Positions 36,988 to 48,028 of a stretch of 64,000 nucleotides of DNA are shown in pieces. Origin of the DNA: Squalus acanthias (Eukaryota). Within the stretch, counting starts at the first letter, position 1. Each line of letters opens with the position of its first letter. Both the position numbers and the translations under genes were made by a program. The stretch lies in assembly GCA_030390025.1 (NCBI GenBank), contig CM059432.1, positions 123,692,001 through 123,756,000 on the forward strand, in the 5' to 3' direction. The notes under the pieces were generated by a model. That model saw only the letters and a list, made by a program, of their open reading frames with translations, was not told where the DNA came from and did not search any database.

Positions 36988-38259
36988 ATCCTACAACTCA
37001 TCCGCTTCATCCTTGACCACAATGTCTTCACCTTCGACAACCATTTTTTTACCCAAACACACGGAACAGCCATGGGGACCAAATTCGCACCCCAATACGC
37101 CAACATCTTCATGCACAAGTTCGAGCAAGACTTCTTCGCTGCACAAGACCTCCAGCCAACGCTGTATACCAGATACATCGACGACATTTTCTTCCTTTGG
37201 ACCCATGGCGAAGGATCACTGAAAAGACTACACGATAACATAAACATGTTCCATCCCACCATCAAACTCACCATGGACTACTCCTCAGAATCAGTCTCAT
37301 TCCTGGACACACGAATCTCCATCAAAGACGGACACCTCAGCACTTCACTCTACCGCAAGCCCACGGACAACCTCACGATGCTCCACTTCTCCAGCTTCCA
37401 CCCTAACCATGTTAAAGAAGCCATCCCCTATGGACAAGCCCTGCGAATACACAGGATCTGCTCAGACGAGGAGGAACGCGATGGACACCTACGGACGCTG
37501 AAAAACGCCCTCGTAAGAACGGGATATGACGCTCGACTCATCGATCGACAGTTCCGACGGGCCACAGCGAAAAATTGCATAGACCTCCTCAGAAGGCAAA
37601 CACGGGACACAACCAACAGGGTACCCTACGTCGTCCAGTACTTCCCCGGAGCGGAGAAACTACGCCATGTTCTTCGCAGCCTTCAACATGTCATCGATGA
37701 CGACAAACACCTCGCTAAGGCCATCCCCACGCCTCCACTACTTGCCTTCAAACAGCCGCCTAACCTCAAAAGTACCATCGTTCGCAGCAAATTACCCAGC
37801 TTTCAGGATAACAGCGACCACGACACCACACAACCCTGCCATGGCAAACTCTGCAAGACATGCCAGATCATCAACACAGATACCACCATCACACGTGAGG
37901 ACACTACCCACCAGGTACATGGTACATACTCATGTGACTCGGCCAACGTTGTCTACCTCATACGTTGCAGGAAAGAATGCACCGCGGCATGGTACATCGG
38001 CGAGACCATGCAGACACTGAGACAACGTATGAACGAGCACCGCGCAACAATCGCCAGGCAGGATTGTTACCTCCCAGTCGGGGAACACTTCAGCAGTCAA
38101 GGACATTCAGCCTCGGATCTGCGGGTAAGCGTTCTCCAAGGCAACCTTAGAAACACACGACAACGCAAAATCATCGAGCAGAAACTGATAGCCAAGTTCC
38201 GCACTCATGAAGACGGTCTCAATCGGGATCTTGGGTTTATGTCACGATACATGACGTGA
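36988..38259 (+). CDS. Penelope-like RT C-terminal half + thumb + Cys-rich linker + GIY-YIG endonuclease (open frame, no native start)
   Basis: GTAMGTKFAP, RYIDD, FLD, YRKPT, PC...CKTC...C linker, NVVY..C...C...YIGET, R..EH. No stops over 423 codons. The part of the listed ORF before 36988 is flanking DNA. Confidence 0.88.
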   Translation: MLQLIRFILDHNVFTFDNHFFTQTHGTAMGTKFAPQYANIFMHKFEQDFFAAQDLQPTLYTRYIDDIFFLWTHGEGSLKRLHDNINMFHPTIKLTMDYSSESVSFLDTRISIKDGHLSTSLYRKPTDNLTMLHFSSFHPNHVKEAIPYGQALRIHRICSDEEERDGHLRTLKNALVRTGYDARLIDRQFRRATAKNCIDLLRRQTRDTTNRVPYVVQYFPGAEKLRHVLRSLQHVIDDDKHLAKAIPTPPLLAFKQPPNLKSTIVRSKLPSFQDNSDHDTTQPCHGKLCKTCQIINTDTTITREDTTHQVHGTYSCDSANVVYLIRCRKECTAAWYIGETMQTLRQRMNEHRATIARQDCYLPVGEHFSSQGHSASDLRVSVLQGNLRNTRQRKIIEQKLIAKFRTHEDGLNRDLGFMSRYMT

Positions 38260-38592
38260 TCCGGACTCGAGTCGTCGTTAGCTTGTTCACAGATGTGATT
38301 CCCAGTAAAAAAAGTAAAAATTTTCCCAGTAAAAAAGTAAAAAAATGTTAAAGCTTTTCGTTTTACATACAGACGGCAGCTTTTGACACGTTAGAACCCC
38401 TGCGACTACACCTCATTGTCTCAGTTGTATCTTGCTATGTCTTTGATGTGGTACCTTCCTGGCTGACTTAATTAACTTTATCACACCTCGGCAGATAGTC
38501 AGGATGATTTAATTTATTGATCTGCAATTGTAAAGTACACATTCTTTGTTTTCCATCTATATATGCTTTGGAGATTCTGTATCTAATTTACT

Positions 38593-38635
38593 TCACCTGA
38601 GGAAGGAGCAAATCGATAGCTCCGAAAGCTTGTGA
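38593..38635 (+). ncRNA. Minimal type I hammerhead ribozyme motif
   Basis: TCAC-CTGAGGA-A-GGAGC(loop)GCTCC-GAAA-GCTT-GTGA: stem I TCAC/GTGA, intact core, palindromic AAGCTT stem III. Confidence 0.85.
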
Positions 38636-39084
38636 TTTCAAATAAAACTGTTGGACTATAACCTGGTGTTGTGCGACCTCTCAATTTTGTCCACCCCAGT
38701 CCAACACCGGCATCTCCGCATCACAAACCCTACTGCCAGCCTTTTGTGTTTAGACACACAGGAAAGTGAGGAGGGAGGACAGGGAATGCCCCCCTCCCAT
38801 CTCACTTTAATATTAAAGCTAGGCCCGTGCCTACTGAAAGCACAGGCCCAGTGCCGCCCAGTAAAACTGCCCCCCACCCCCACACGCAAGAAATCCTGAG
38901 GCAGTGTTGTGCAGACAGAAACCTGACATATGGCTCCATTTCCTCTTCGTTGCTCCTGGGAGAACAAAGTGTCCCCACCCACTTTTTTTCAAAGCAGCAT
39001 ACGTATAGTTTTATACAATCAAATACCTGAGAGGAATTTACAAAATCAATGAGGCAGAAGATGTACTTCAAAACCAGATTCTCA

Positions 39085-39265
39085 TTCAAGAAAATGACAG
39101 TGACGTTTTCTGATGGGGCTGTAGCAGTCCTGCTCGAAGAAGCACGGGAGAGGAGAGATCCTTTTAGGCAGACACATAGCATTCCCCCAAGGAGAATTGA
39201 TCCAAGGATGGGAGCAGATCACCACATCCATTGCTGCTAACCCCAGAACTCCACCACTCCACGCA
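39085..39265 (+). pseudogene. Decayed Myb/SANT exon remnant of an old Harbinger
   Basis: FSDGAVAVLLEEARERRD...GWEQIT resembles the N-terminal helices of the other Myb partners. Confidence 0.5.
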
Positions 39266-40159
39266 CATAGATTCATAGAAACTTACAGCACAAAAGGAGG
39301 CCATTTGGCCCGTCGTGCCTGTGCTGGCTCTTTGAAAGAACAGTTGCACTTAGTCCCACACCCCCACTTTTTGTCAGTAACCCTGTAACATGTGTAAGGT
39401 GTTTGGTTTCCTCGTCCTTACAAAGGTTCTTTGACTCTGGGTTTTACAGGAACAAAATGGAAGACGACACAAAAGTTTAGGTTCAACCCAAAACTGTTAG
39501 TTTATTAAAACCAACAAAACACGGACAGAAACCGTGTTGAGATTTGGCTGAAACTTACAATCACCCATCCGGCCAGTCGTTACCATTGTGGATTGTCGGC
39601 CTGGATCGGAGATGACCTGTCCCTGTCCTCCTTTATCTGACTGCAGCTGCCTGCACAGCGCAAACCCCTTGTAGAGTCAACTGATACTTACAATCACCCG
39701 TCCGGCTGGTCGTGGCCGACGTCGATTGCAGGCTGGGAGCTGAAGATGACCGTCTTCCCTTCCTTCTTACACCTGGCAGTTGCTGTAGTCAGAGCTAGCT
39801 TCCTAGAGAGAGAGAGAGAGAGAGAGAGCTGTGGTGTGGTTCCTTTTTACAGCTCTTCCGTCACGCCTTTTCGAGTCTGGGCCTTCCCCCAACTCTTGTT
39901 TTCCAATACACACCTAGTAATCCAAACCACAGGATGTGTACAGGGCTGAGGGATGGAAGATAATTCCTTATCTTGTCTCTCCCCCCTCCACCCCCCCTCC
40001 CCCCCGTGGTATATATTTAATCTGATTTAGTCTTGCTGCTGATGTGTTTTGCCCAAGGTTAAAGTGTTTTCCATTGAGGCCAGGAAGTCCATTGTTCCAG
40101 CGAAACTGACATCGTTGCCTTATCCATTGAAGATCCATCAAAACCCATTAAAACACGAA

Positions 40160-41052
40160 GGGGGAGAAATTCATTATCGCCCCATTTGGGGCGCAATTAT
40201 CGGCCGGGCGCAAAGATTAGCGCCTGGCGCTAATTATCGCCACCGACTGCAAACTTGACTTTTATCGCCCCTGGAGGTGATTGCAGCGCTAAATCAGGCG
40301 CTTCACACCTGTCTTAAGGCGCAAAGGCCGAGGAGCGAGGCGCTACCTCAGAGCGTTGGCGAAGCTCATGTAATGTCAGTCAGCAATGGAACACACACAC
40401 AATGGCATGGGCCAGTTCTTAAAGGGGATGGTTAATCTTGCTTTCCATCCACATCCTGCTCATTGCAGCCTTGAATCTCGGCCTGGAGAGACCTGTACAT
40501 CAAATCTGCTGGAAAGAACAATGGAGAGTACCAGGCAAAGAGCTCAGAGTGCAGCCCCCACAGTCTCTTCTAAATCGATACAAGGAATGGCAAATCAAAA
40601 TGAACCTGCAAAGTGCTGCTCAGTACCCAAAACTCCTTCACACAACGTTGAATCTCTCCAGAAGTCTCTCCCTCTCTCTCTCAGAATGCGTAGTTCAAAA
40701 ATGGCACCAACAATAAAAGGCAGGAAGCGGTCACCTTTAAATAGCGCTCCCCCTTTCCCTTCATGACTGCAGAATGCTCCCCTCAACCTGTTGTTGCTAG
40801 CGTCAGGTGGTAAGGCAGGGGGCGCCACTCAATATCCGCTCCGGGGCGATACCGGGGCGTTGCGCACTCGACTGACGTCACGATCTGCCGGCGCAGGAGA
40901 TCGTGGCGGTAGTGTTTAGCGCCGCCGCAAAATGTCTAGTTAATTTCGCGAGCGGCGCAAACTTCGCCGTGCCTGGGCGCCCGATGCTTTGCGCCCCATT
41001 AGCGCCCTCTTAAGGCGCTAACAGGAGGCGCAACCAACTGAATTTTTCCCCC
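40160..41052. mobile_element. Family A MITE copy 4
   Basis: TIRs GGGGGAGAAATTCA / TGAATTTTTCCCCC, TSD GAA. Confidence 0.93.
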
Positions 41053-41559
41053 GAAGTCTCATTGTCCAAAGTTAAATCACCTATTCACCGTTAAATCACC
41101 TATCAAGATACTCATTGTCCAAAGTAAATGTCTTTTCCAAAGTTAAATTAAAATGCACAAGTGTGTCTGTGCTTCTAGGTTTCTATTGTACAGGGTTTTT
41201 TTTTAAATCTACATTTGGAAACAGTGCAGGAAGAAATTCCAGGTCAGAAATCATCCAGACCTTCCATTAATACACTGCACTAAGCATGTCTGACACTTAA
41301 AATCAATGGAAATAAAAATCGGGAGAGATGTAAAATAGGCTGCCGATTCGCTGTCACCCATTTTACACTATCGCAGAAAATCAAAATGATCCCGTCCTGA
41401 AGTATGTTAAATGGTTACTTTGAATGGCCACAAGGCAGCAGGGTGCCCTTTACATGCCCCCAGCTTTCACCAAGAAGTGTTCCTTCACTCACATCCTTAC
41501 ATAGATCAGCACTCAAGAAGCCTCCCATGTCCCATAGCTGCCTGCTGCATGATGTGGCA

Positions 41560-42190
41560 TCACACCGGTTATGGGCTGGATGCAGACCCTTGGGTATAAC
41601 TGGATGCCATAGTAACAATTGCTATTTCTAATTAATGTAGTCTCTTTGAAGAAGACAGCCCATAATAACAGACAGTGATAGTGACAGCCCACAAGCCTGC
41701 GGCCTCTCACCCCATATGAGGAAGAACCTCTAGAAACCCTGGGAGCCAGCTTTTTTGAGGATGCAAAAATGGGGTAGTGAGAGGGCAGGAGTCTTTGGTA
41801 TTCCTGCCACGCTGTTAAATATCAGAGCTCTTTCTTGCTGTTATCGGCTGCTTATGAAGGAGATGAACTGTGATGGTTGAGCAGACAATACATCTGCGAC
41901 CTGCTCCACGCATCTACGCTGTGCTGAATGGTCCATATTTGCAAGGTCCCCAAGGCATAAAGGTTGGCTGTAGCTCTGATCTTTTGAACCTCTGGCAGTG
42001 CCATACCTGTGGTGTTTTGGCTGGAGGTCTGCTAGCAGCATATGGCATAACTCTATAATGGCTTCCCTTGTGAATCTTAGCCTCCACAAGCACTGTTTCC
42101 CAGACAAGCAGGGGGATGTATATTCCTGAGCACCAGCAGGTGGATGCTGAGTACCTCAGGTGCAGGCCTGACCAACTTGGCATCCCTCTT
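41560..42190 (-). pseudogene. Decayed Harbinger transposase remnant
   Basis: SGKQCLWRLRFTREAIIELCHMLLADLQP matches [29 protein letters not shown]. It is convergent with the Myb remnant at 39085. Confidence 0.65.
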
Positions 42191-43463
42191 CTTCTTCCGA
42201 AAAAACAGAAATATTGGGAAACCCTTTATTGTTGCGGTAGAGCAGGAGTAGAAAAAGGCAGCACACAGTAACAGTCACAAAGGCTCTTCAAAACACAGAT
42301 GAACAAAATAATTTAAAAAGCTTCAGCAACGGCCTGGCATGGTTGCTATCTCGCTATTACTCTCTGTAAGCTGATTTTCATATCGGGCTCAGCACCTAGC
42401 AATGCTTAGTTTTTTTTTAATTCGTCCCTTGGGATGTGGGCGTCGCTAACAAGGCCAGCATTTATTGCCCATCCCTAATTGCCCTTGACAAGGTGGTGGT
42501 GAGCCACCTTCTTGAGCCGCTGCAGTCCGTGTGGTGAAGGTACTCATTATAGGCAGTTAAAGAAAACAGCATAAAATGCCTGGAAGTAATGGAAAATTAG
42601 ATTTAAGACATCGGCACGTCATTATGAAGTAAGTGTAATCTTAATCAGAGAATCGCAAATGGAGACAATGCTCTGTTTGGGAACCTCCACTTTACAAATG
42701 AGAATGGCAAATCCTGACTGGAAAATCTAGGCAGGGGTGCCTGTTTCACCGATAACAACATAAGTGGGGCCTTTACAAAAGAAAAGCACTCAGAACACTA
42801 ATTACTTATTGTGCCAGTCACATACGCTTTCTATTTATGTAGCAGGCAGACTCTAGTTGTAATGTGACTCATCGACTCGCACATACTCTCATTGTATGTT
42901 TGCTTCTGCACTACAGATGTTGGTGGCAAGCAACAAAAATTATATTTGCATTTCCCCAAATCCTCATAAACAGAATAAAATTGAAAATAGCAGACAAACA
43001 CAAAAATTACCAATTTTATAGGCTCGTTATAAGACAAACTTTCAGCAGTTCCATGCTGTTTTCAATTTTATAGGTAAAAAGAAAGAAATAACTAGTATTT
43101 ATATAGCGTTTTTCACGACCTCAGGACATCCCAAAGCGCTTTACAGCCAATGAAGTACTTTTGTGAAGTGTAGTCACTTTTGTAATGCAGCAAACATTTT
43201 GGAATATAGGAAAAATACTAACATATCTAGTACGTGTTAAAAGGTACGCTGAATAAATGCAATAATTTCTGAAACCTGTGAAATGTAGATCATGAGGTGG
43301 ATGCTCTAACACTTTGCCCCAGTGTCAACTTGTACTTAACTCTTGCTCACTGCTGTGGAGCATCAAGTCAACTTGCAGCCAAAGAGGCTGCCGCATTTCT
43401 TACATTACAACAGTGACTATACTTCGAAAGTACTTCATTGGCTGTAAAGCGCTTTAGGACATA

Positions 43464-44847
43464 GGGGGTGATTTGCCCACTGGAGGCGGGTTTCAGTTTG
43501 GGTGGGTTTGAAACCCACCTCCACTGATAGGTTTCAAAAATTTGCGATTTTCCCATGATTGGCCACTTGATTTCAGAGGTGTGGGATGCCCTTGCTCAAT
43601 TAGTGTTTTGGGACTGAAACTCGCCTCTGCTGACAGCACTTTTCCAGTCTGATTTTATGACTTCTTGCTCCCTTGGCTCATTCCACAGCATTTCTGCATC
43701 TCCTGCACCACCTCCAACATCTTTTGAGAAACCACTATGTCCAATTCCAAGGCAAGGGCCTACCCGAGGCTCTCGGATGAGGTGCTGCAAATGTTGTTGG
43801 AGGGGGTGACTGCTAGCATGGAGGTGCTTTTCCACTCATCTCGGAGGAAGAGGCCTGCCAAAGAAACCAAGGCTGTGTGGGTACAGCTGGCAAGGGATAT
43901 AACCACCAGATCTGTGTGCAGATTGGGAGACTGTTTCTGTGTATTGATGAAATGCCATCCCTGTTGGAAAGCATTAAAATGATTTGAAGCCAAAATGTTG
44001 GCGTTATGCCATCTGTTCTTTCGCCTTAGGCAGCTCCACATTGCAGGCACCGCCACACTTGCGTTGTCAGGTTGGTGGCCTGAGTGAAAGGAGGCCAGAG
44101 AGTCATGTCCATTGTCAATGATGTCCTAGGATGGAGCAAATAACATGTGCCAACTTGGGCAACCTATGCAAATCTGGTCATGATAAGTTCATCCCTTGCA
44201 TCCCGGGCAGCCACGTGCTCGCGTGCTGCCGCTGCAGCTGGTCGATACACCGGCGCTCTGACCTCCTCCTCCTCCTCCTCCTCCTCCTCATCTGAGGTCC
44301 ATGCAGAAAGAAAACAAATGGTTCCCATGCTGCTTTTAGATGCCTCCTTTGGGGAAGCGCTCATTGCAAGCGGGGAGAGGGTCTTCCAAGGAGGTCTCAC
44401 AGTTGATGGAGTCAAGCTGCAGCACCTCCGACTTTGGAAGGCCTTCTAAAAGTGCTCAGAGACCTTTAAAGCCAAGGTCTGGCACCTGCAAGTAAGCCTT
44501 GCTGCAATAAACGATGTCTTGTTAGACCTGCAGCTGTGAGGAGACCACCCACGAGTCAACCCGCCAGGTTTACCTGGTGTGGTTTAGGAGGTGCGTGGAG
44601 CATGCCGAAAAGCTGGAAAAATCACGAGGGCCTCTCAAAATAGGCTTAGAGAGGCCCTTAATGAGCATTTAAGGATCTTTAGTAGCACAATGGCAGCTGG
44701 AAGCGTTTCCCGACCTCCAAAACCGGCACCGGCAAAATCCCGCAGATGCGGGCTGGAGGCGGGTTCCAAACCCGACCTCTTTGAATCTGATTTTCCCGCC
44801 TTTCCCGCCTCCAAACCCGCCTCCTCCGACGTCAGAAAATCGCCCCC
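43464..44847. mobile_element. Non-autonomous Harbinger deletion derivative (1384 bp)
   Basis: TIRs GGGGGTGATTT / AAATCGCCCCC and TSD ATA. Contains partial Myb exon 1 (43737+) and fused transposase termini (44328-44164, minus). Confidence 0.92.
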
Positions 44848-44850
44848 ATA

Positions 44851-45123
44851 GTTTCAGAATAAGGGGTCGCCTATTTAAGACGGAGATGAGGAGGAATTTC
44901 TTCTCTCAGAGAGTCGTGAATCTTTGGAATTCTCTGCCCCAGAGAGCTGTGGAGGCGGAATCATTGAATATATTCAAGACGGAGATTGACAGACATTTGA
45001 ATTACAAGGGAGTCGAGGGGTATGGGGAGAGAGTGGGAAAGTGGTGTTGAGGCCAAGATTGGATCAGCCATTGATCCGATTGGCCTACTCCTGCTCCTGG
45101 TTCTTATGTTCTTATGTTCTTAT
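44851..45123 (+). mobile_element. CR1 3' end fragment inside a Deu-SINE tail (43372-43460 and 45126-45180)
   Basis: FRIRGRLFKTEMRRNFFSQRVVNLWNSLP with a (TTCTTATG)n tail. The SINE tail resumes afterwards. Confidence 0.88.
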
Positions 45124-45969
45124 GCGACGTCCTGAGGTCGTGAAAGGCAGGTGCTATATAAATGCAAGTCTTTCTTTCTTGCTGGACCTGCAAAAATAAA
45201 AGCTCACAATTTCCTGGGCCTTTTTTTGAGCCCTTTAAGGATCACTGGTTAGGCCACTCAATGCCTGGTACAACGAACACAGCCATTTGTGACTGAACAT
45301 TGCAATCGGGGTCCTACCAGTATTCTTAAGCGGACAATAACCTTACATCATCTACCCAAAAAGAAAAGAGACAGGTGATAAAAAGCAGATTGTTTGCCAA
45401 AAAAAAAACCAGAAGGGGTGATCAGCAGGTGGAGGATTATAACCATAAAGCTGTGCCTTAAAACTCCATGGGCTGCAGCACACACTGCTAAAGCAGTTTA
45501 GTATAAAAACTACAATGAACACATATTAGGGAAAATCTTACAAATTCTCACGCACAACATGGAGCCTACCTGCCAAGAGGCATTAATGGATGTTAAATCC
45601 TTCAGGATTAGCTCCTCACATGAATTCCCAATGAGAAGTCCTCTGGGTCCAGTCATTTTAATTGATGGAAAAATAGTGCTTGAATTCCCAATATGCCCTC
45701 CTGGCAGATGAAGCCCCATTCCAGGAACACAAGCTCAGAAAATGACTTTATTTATTCCTTATTGGTTGCTCATGTTTCAAGTTCCATTTTTCTGTTTCAT
45801 TTTTTTATTTATTTAAATGACTTTTGCTGTTTAATTTTTTTTCCCCCGTGGTCCTTTCTGTTCAGATTTTCTTCGCCACTTCCCACTGCCTTCGGCTCCT
45901 CCATTTCCTGCAGCCCTGCTCGCAACTTGCAGCTCGCACGTGCACACCACGACACGTGGCAAGTCCCGT

Positions 45970-46406
45970 TTGCCCATCACCCCTGTGCTCGCTGACCTAC
46001 ATTGGCTCCCGGTCAAGCAACGCCTCGATTTTAAAATTCCCATCCTTATTTTCAAATCCCTCCATGGCCTCGCCCCTCCCTATCTCTGTAATCTCCTCCA
46101 GCCCTACCACCCTCTGAGATCTCTGCGCTCCTCCAATTCTGGCCTCATGCCCATTCCCAATTTAAATCGCTCCACCATTGGTGGCTGTGCCTTCAGCTGC
46201 CGAGGCCCTAAGCTCTGGAATTATCTCCCTAAACCTCTCCACCTCTCTGCCTCTCTCTCCTTTAAGAGGCTCCTTAAAACCTACCACATCTGCCTTAATA
46301 TTTCCTTATGTGGCTCGGTGTCAAATTTTGTTTGATAATCGCTCCTGTGAAGCGCCTTGGGATTTTACTACATTAAAGCCACTATACAAATACAAGTTTT
46401 TGTTGT
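45970..46406 (+). mobile_element. L2-type LINE 3' end
   Basis: PITPVLADLHWLPVKQRLDFK..., same tail as 32817-33270. Confidence 0.88.
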
Positions 46407-46817
46407 AGTAATCATTTTTTTCTGCAGATGCAACACGCAGCACATCACTGGCACATATGCATTTTACGTGCATTACGGGAGCATTACTGAAATTGTGAAT
46501 TTCACAAGCTAGCTGCTGCTGGCCCCACTGGCACATTGGGCTCGGCAACAAATATTCTGGTTGTTCTCTCCCTCCCTCCTATTCCTGACCGCCAACCCTT
46601 TCTGAGCAAGTGTTTGTCCGTCAGAATGACAAACAAAAACAGTCAGCTTGAAAGCCTCACTTGGAAGGCAAGTTGCCAGTTCTCCACTGATGTGCGCAGA
46701 CACTAAACTCATGTAGCAAAGGCTAAAAGATGGTGGGAAATTGTATCCAAGTAAGGCTACTGATTAACTCAAGGACAACAGGCTAGAAATGACTGATAAT
46801 AGTGGAACAACACTTAG

Positions 46818-47260
46818 AAAGAAAGACTTGCATTTATAGAGCGCCTTTCATGACCACCGGACGTATTTTTGAAGTGGAGTCACTGTTGTAATGTGGGAAA
46901 CGCGGCAGCCAATTTGCACACAGCAAGCTCCCACAAACAGCAATGTGATAATGACCAGATAATCTGATTTTTAGTGATGTTGGTTGAGTGATAAATATTG
47001 GCCAGGACACCAGGGATAACTCCCCTGCTCTTCTTCGAAATAGTGCCATGGGATCTTTTATGTCCACCTGAGAGAGCAGACAGGGCCTCGGTTTAACATC
47101 TCATCCGAAAGATGGCACCTCCGACAGTGCCGCACTCCCTCAGCACTGCACTGTAGTGTGAGCTTAACTTTATATACTCAAGTCCCTGGAGTGGGACTTG
47201 AACCCACAATCTTCTGACTTAGAGGCAAGTGTGCTACCCACTGAGCCACAGCTGACACCT
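46818..47260 (-). mobile_element. Deu-domain tRNA SINE (SacSINE1/AmnSINE-superfamily-like)
   Basis: Head GGCTCAGTGGGTAGCAC...GGTTCAAGTCCC, core GTTAAACCGAGGCCCTGTCTGCTCTC...AAAGATCCCATGGCAC...GGTGTCCTGGCCAA, L2-like tail GGCGCTCTATAAATGCAAGT. Confidence 0.85.
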
Positions 47261-47590
47261 AAAAATTCAGGTGGGCCCAGCTTTGGGGATGCAGGGATTG
47301 CCAGAAACAACGGAAGTGGGGAGAGGGGGAGGTGGTGGCTGGGATATTTTGAATGTGAGGTTGGGAGGAGCATTCCTGCTTCTTCCAGCTCCACATTCAG
47401 GTTAGTATATATTGAAATCTTACCTGATGGATGTGGCCTAACAGGCGGTCCCTGTTAGGCTGCATATAGGCTTGGTTTTCCTGAGTGCAGCCGGTGCCGG
47501 CTGCCTCAGGGCGAATCAATATTGACGGGGCCTCAAATTGGCATTAGAGCCCTTATTTGCATATGCAAAGAGCCTAACACCTGTTTCAGG

Positions 47591-48028
47591 TATTATAAAC
47601 AGAAAACGCTGGAAAAACTCAGCAGGCCAGGCAGCATCCGTGGAGAGAGAAACAGAGTTAACGTTTCAGGTCGAAGACCTTTCGTCAGAACTGGAAAAAA
47701 GCAGGAAATGAAATAGATTTAAAGCAAGTATAATGCTGGGAAAAGGGGGAGGGGATGAAAGAACAAAAGGGAAGGTCAGTGGTAGGATAGAAAGCAGGAG
47801 AGATTGAGAGACATTCAGAGACATTAAGAGGGAAACTTAAAGCAATGAAGATGAACAAGGTTGAAGAGACAAACGGAAGTCCCGTCGAAGAGAAGAGCAG
47901 AACTTCTTCAAGGTAGGCATTCCTAGAAGAGAGGTGGCAGTGGACCAAACACTAATACGATAGCAAAATACTGCGCATGCTGGAAATCCGAAATAACAAC
48001 AGAATAAAAACAGAAACAAATAACAACA
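47591..48028 (-). mobile_element. ~440-bp non-autonomous Penelope-type repeat with hammerhead
   Basis: 12-bp TSD ACCTGTTTCAGG (47579-47590, 48029-48040), partial terminal redundancy (AATAAAAACAGAAA), no ORF. Confidence 0.8.
47656..47692 (-). ncRNA. Minimal type I hammerhead ribozyme motif (intact)
   Basis: Minus strand AGTT-CTGACGA-A-AGGTC(TTC)GACCT-GAAA-CGTT-AACT: stem I AGTT/AACT, palindromic AACGTT, predicted GUU triplet. Confidence 0.85.

Larger units (their letters stand above)
36988..38723 (+). mobile_element. 5'-truncated Penelope-like element (Neptune-type)
   Basis: RT plus GIY-YIG ORF and a 3' repeat with a hammerhead. Flanked by the direct repeat (CA)CAAACCCTAC at 36976-36987 and 38722-38733. 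Confidence 0.93.

Noticed and set aside
39391..41273. Possible minus-strand solo LTR (TGT...ACA, TTTATT) around family A copy 4
   Set aside because: No TSD could be found and the boundaries are uncertain.
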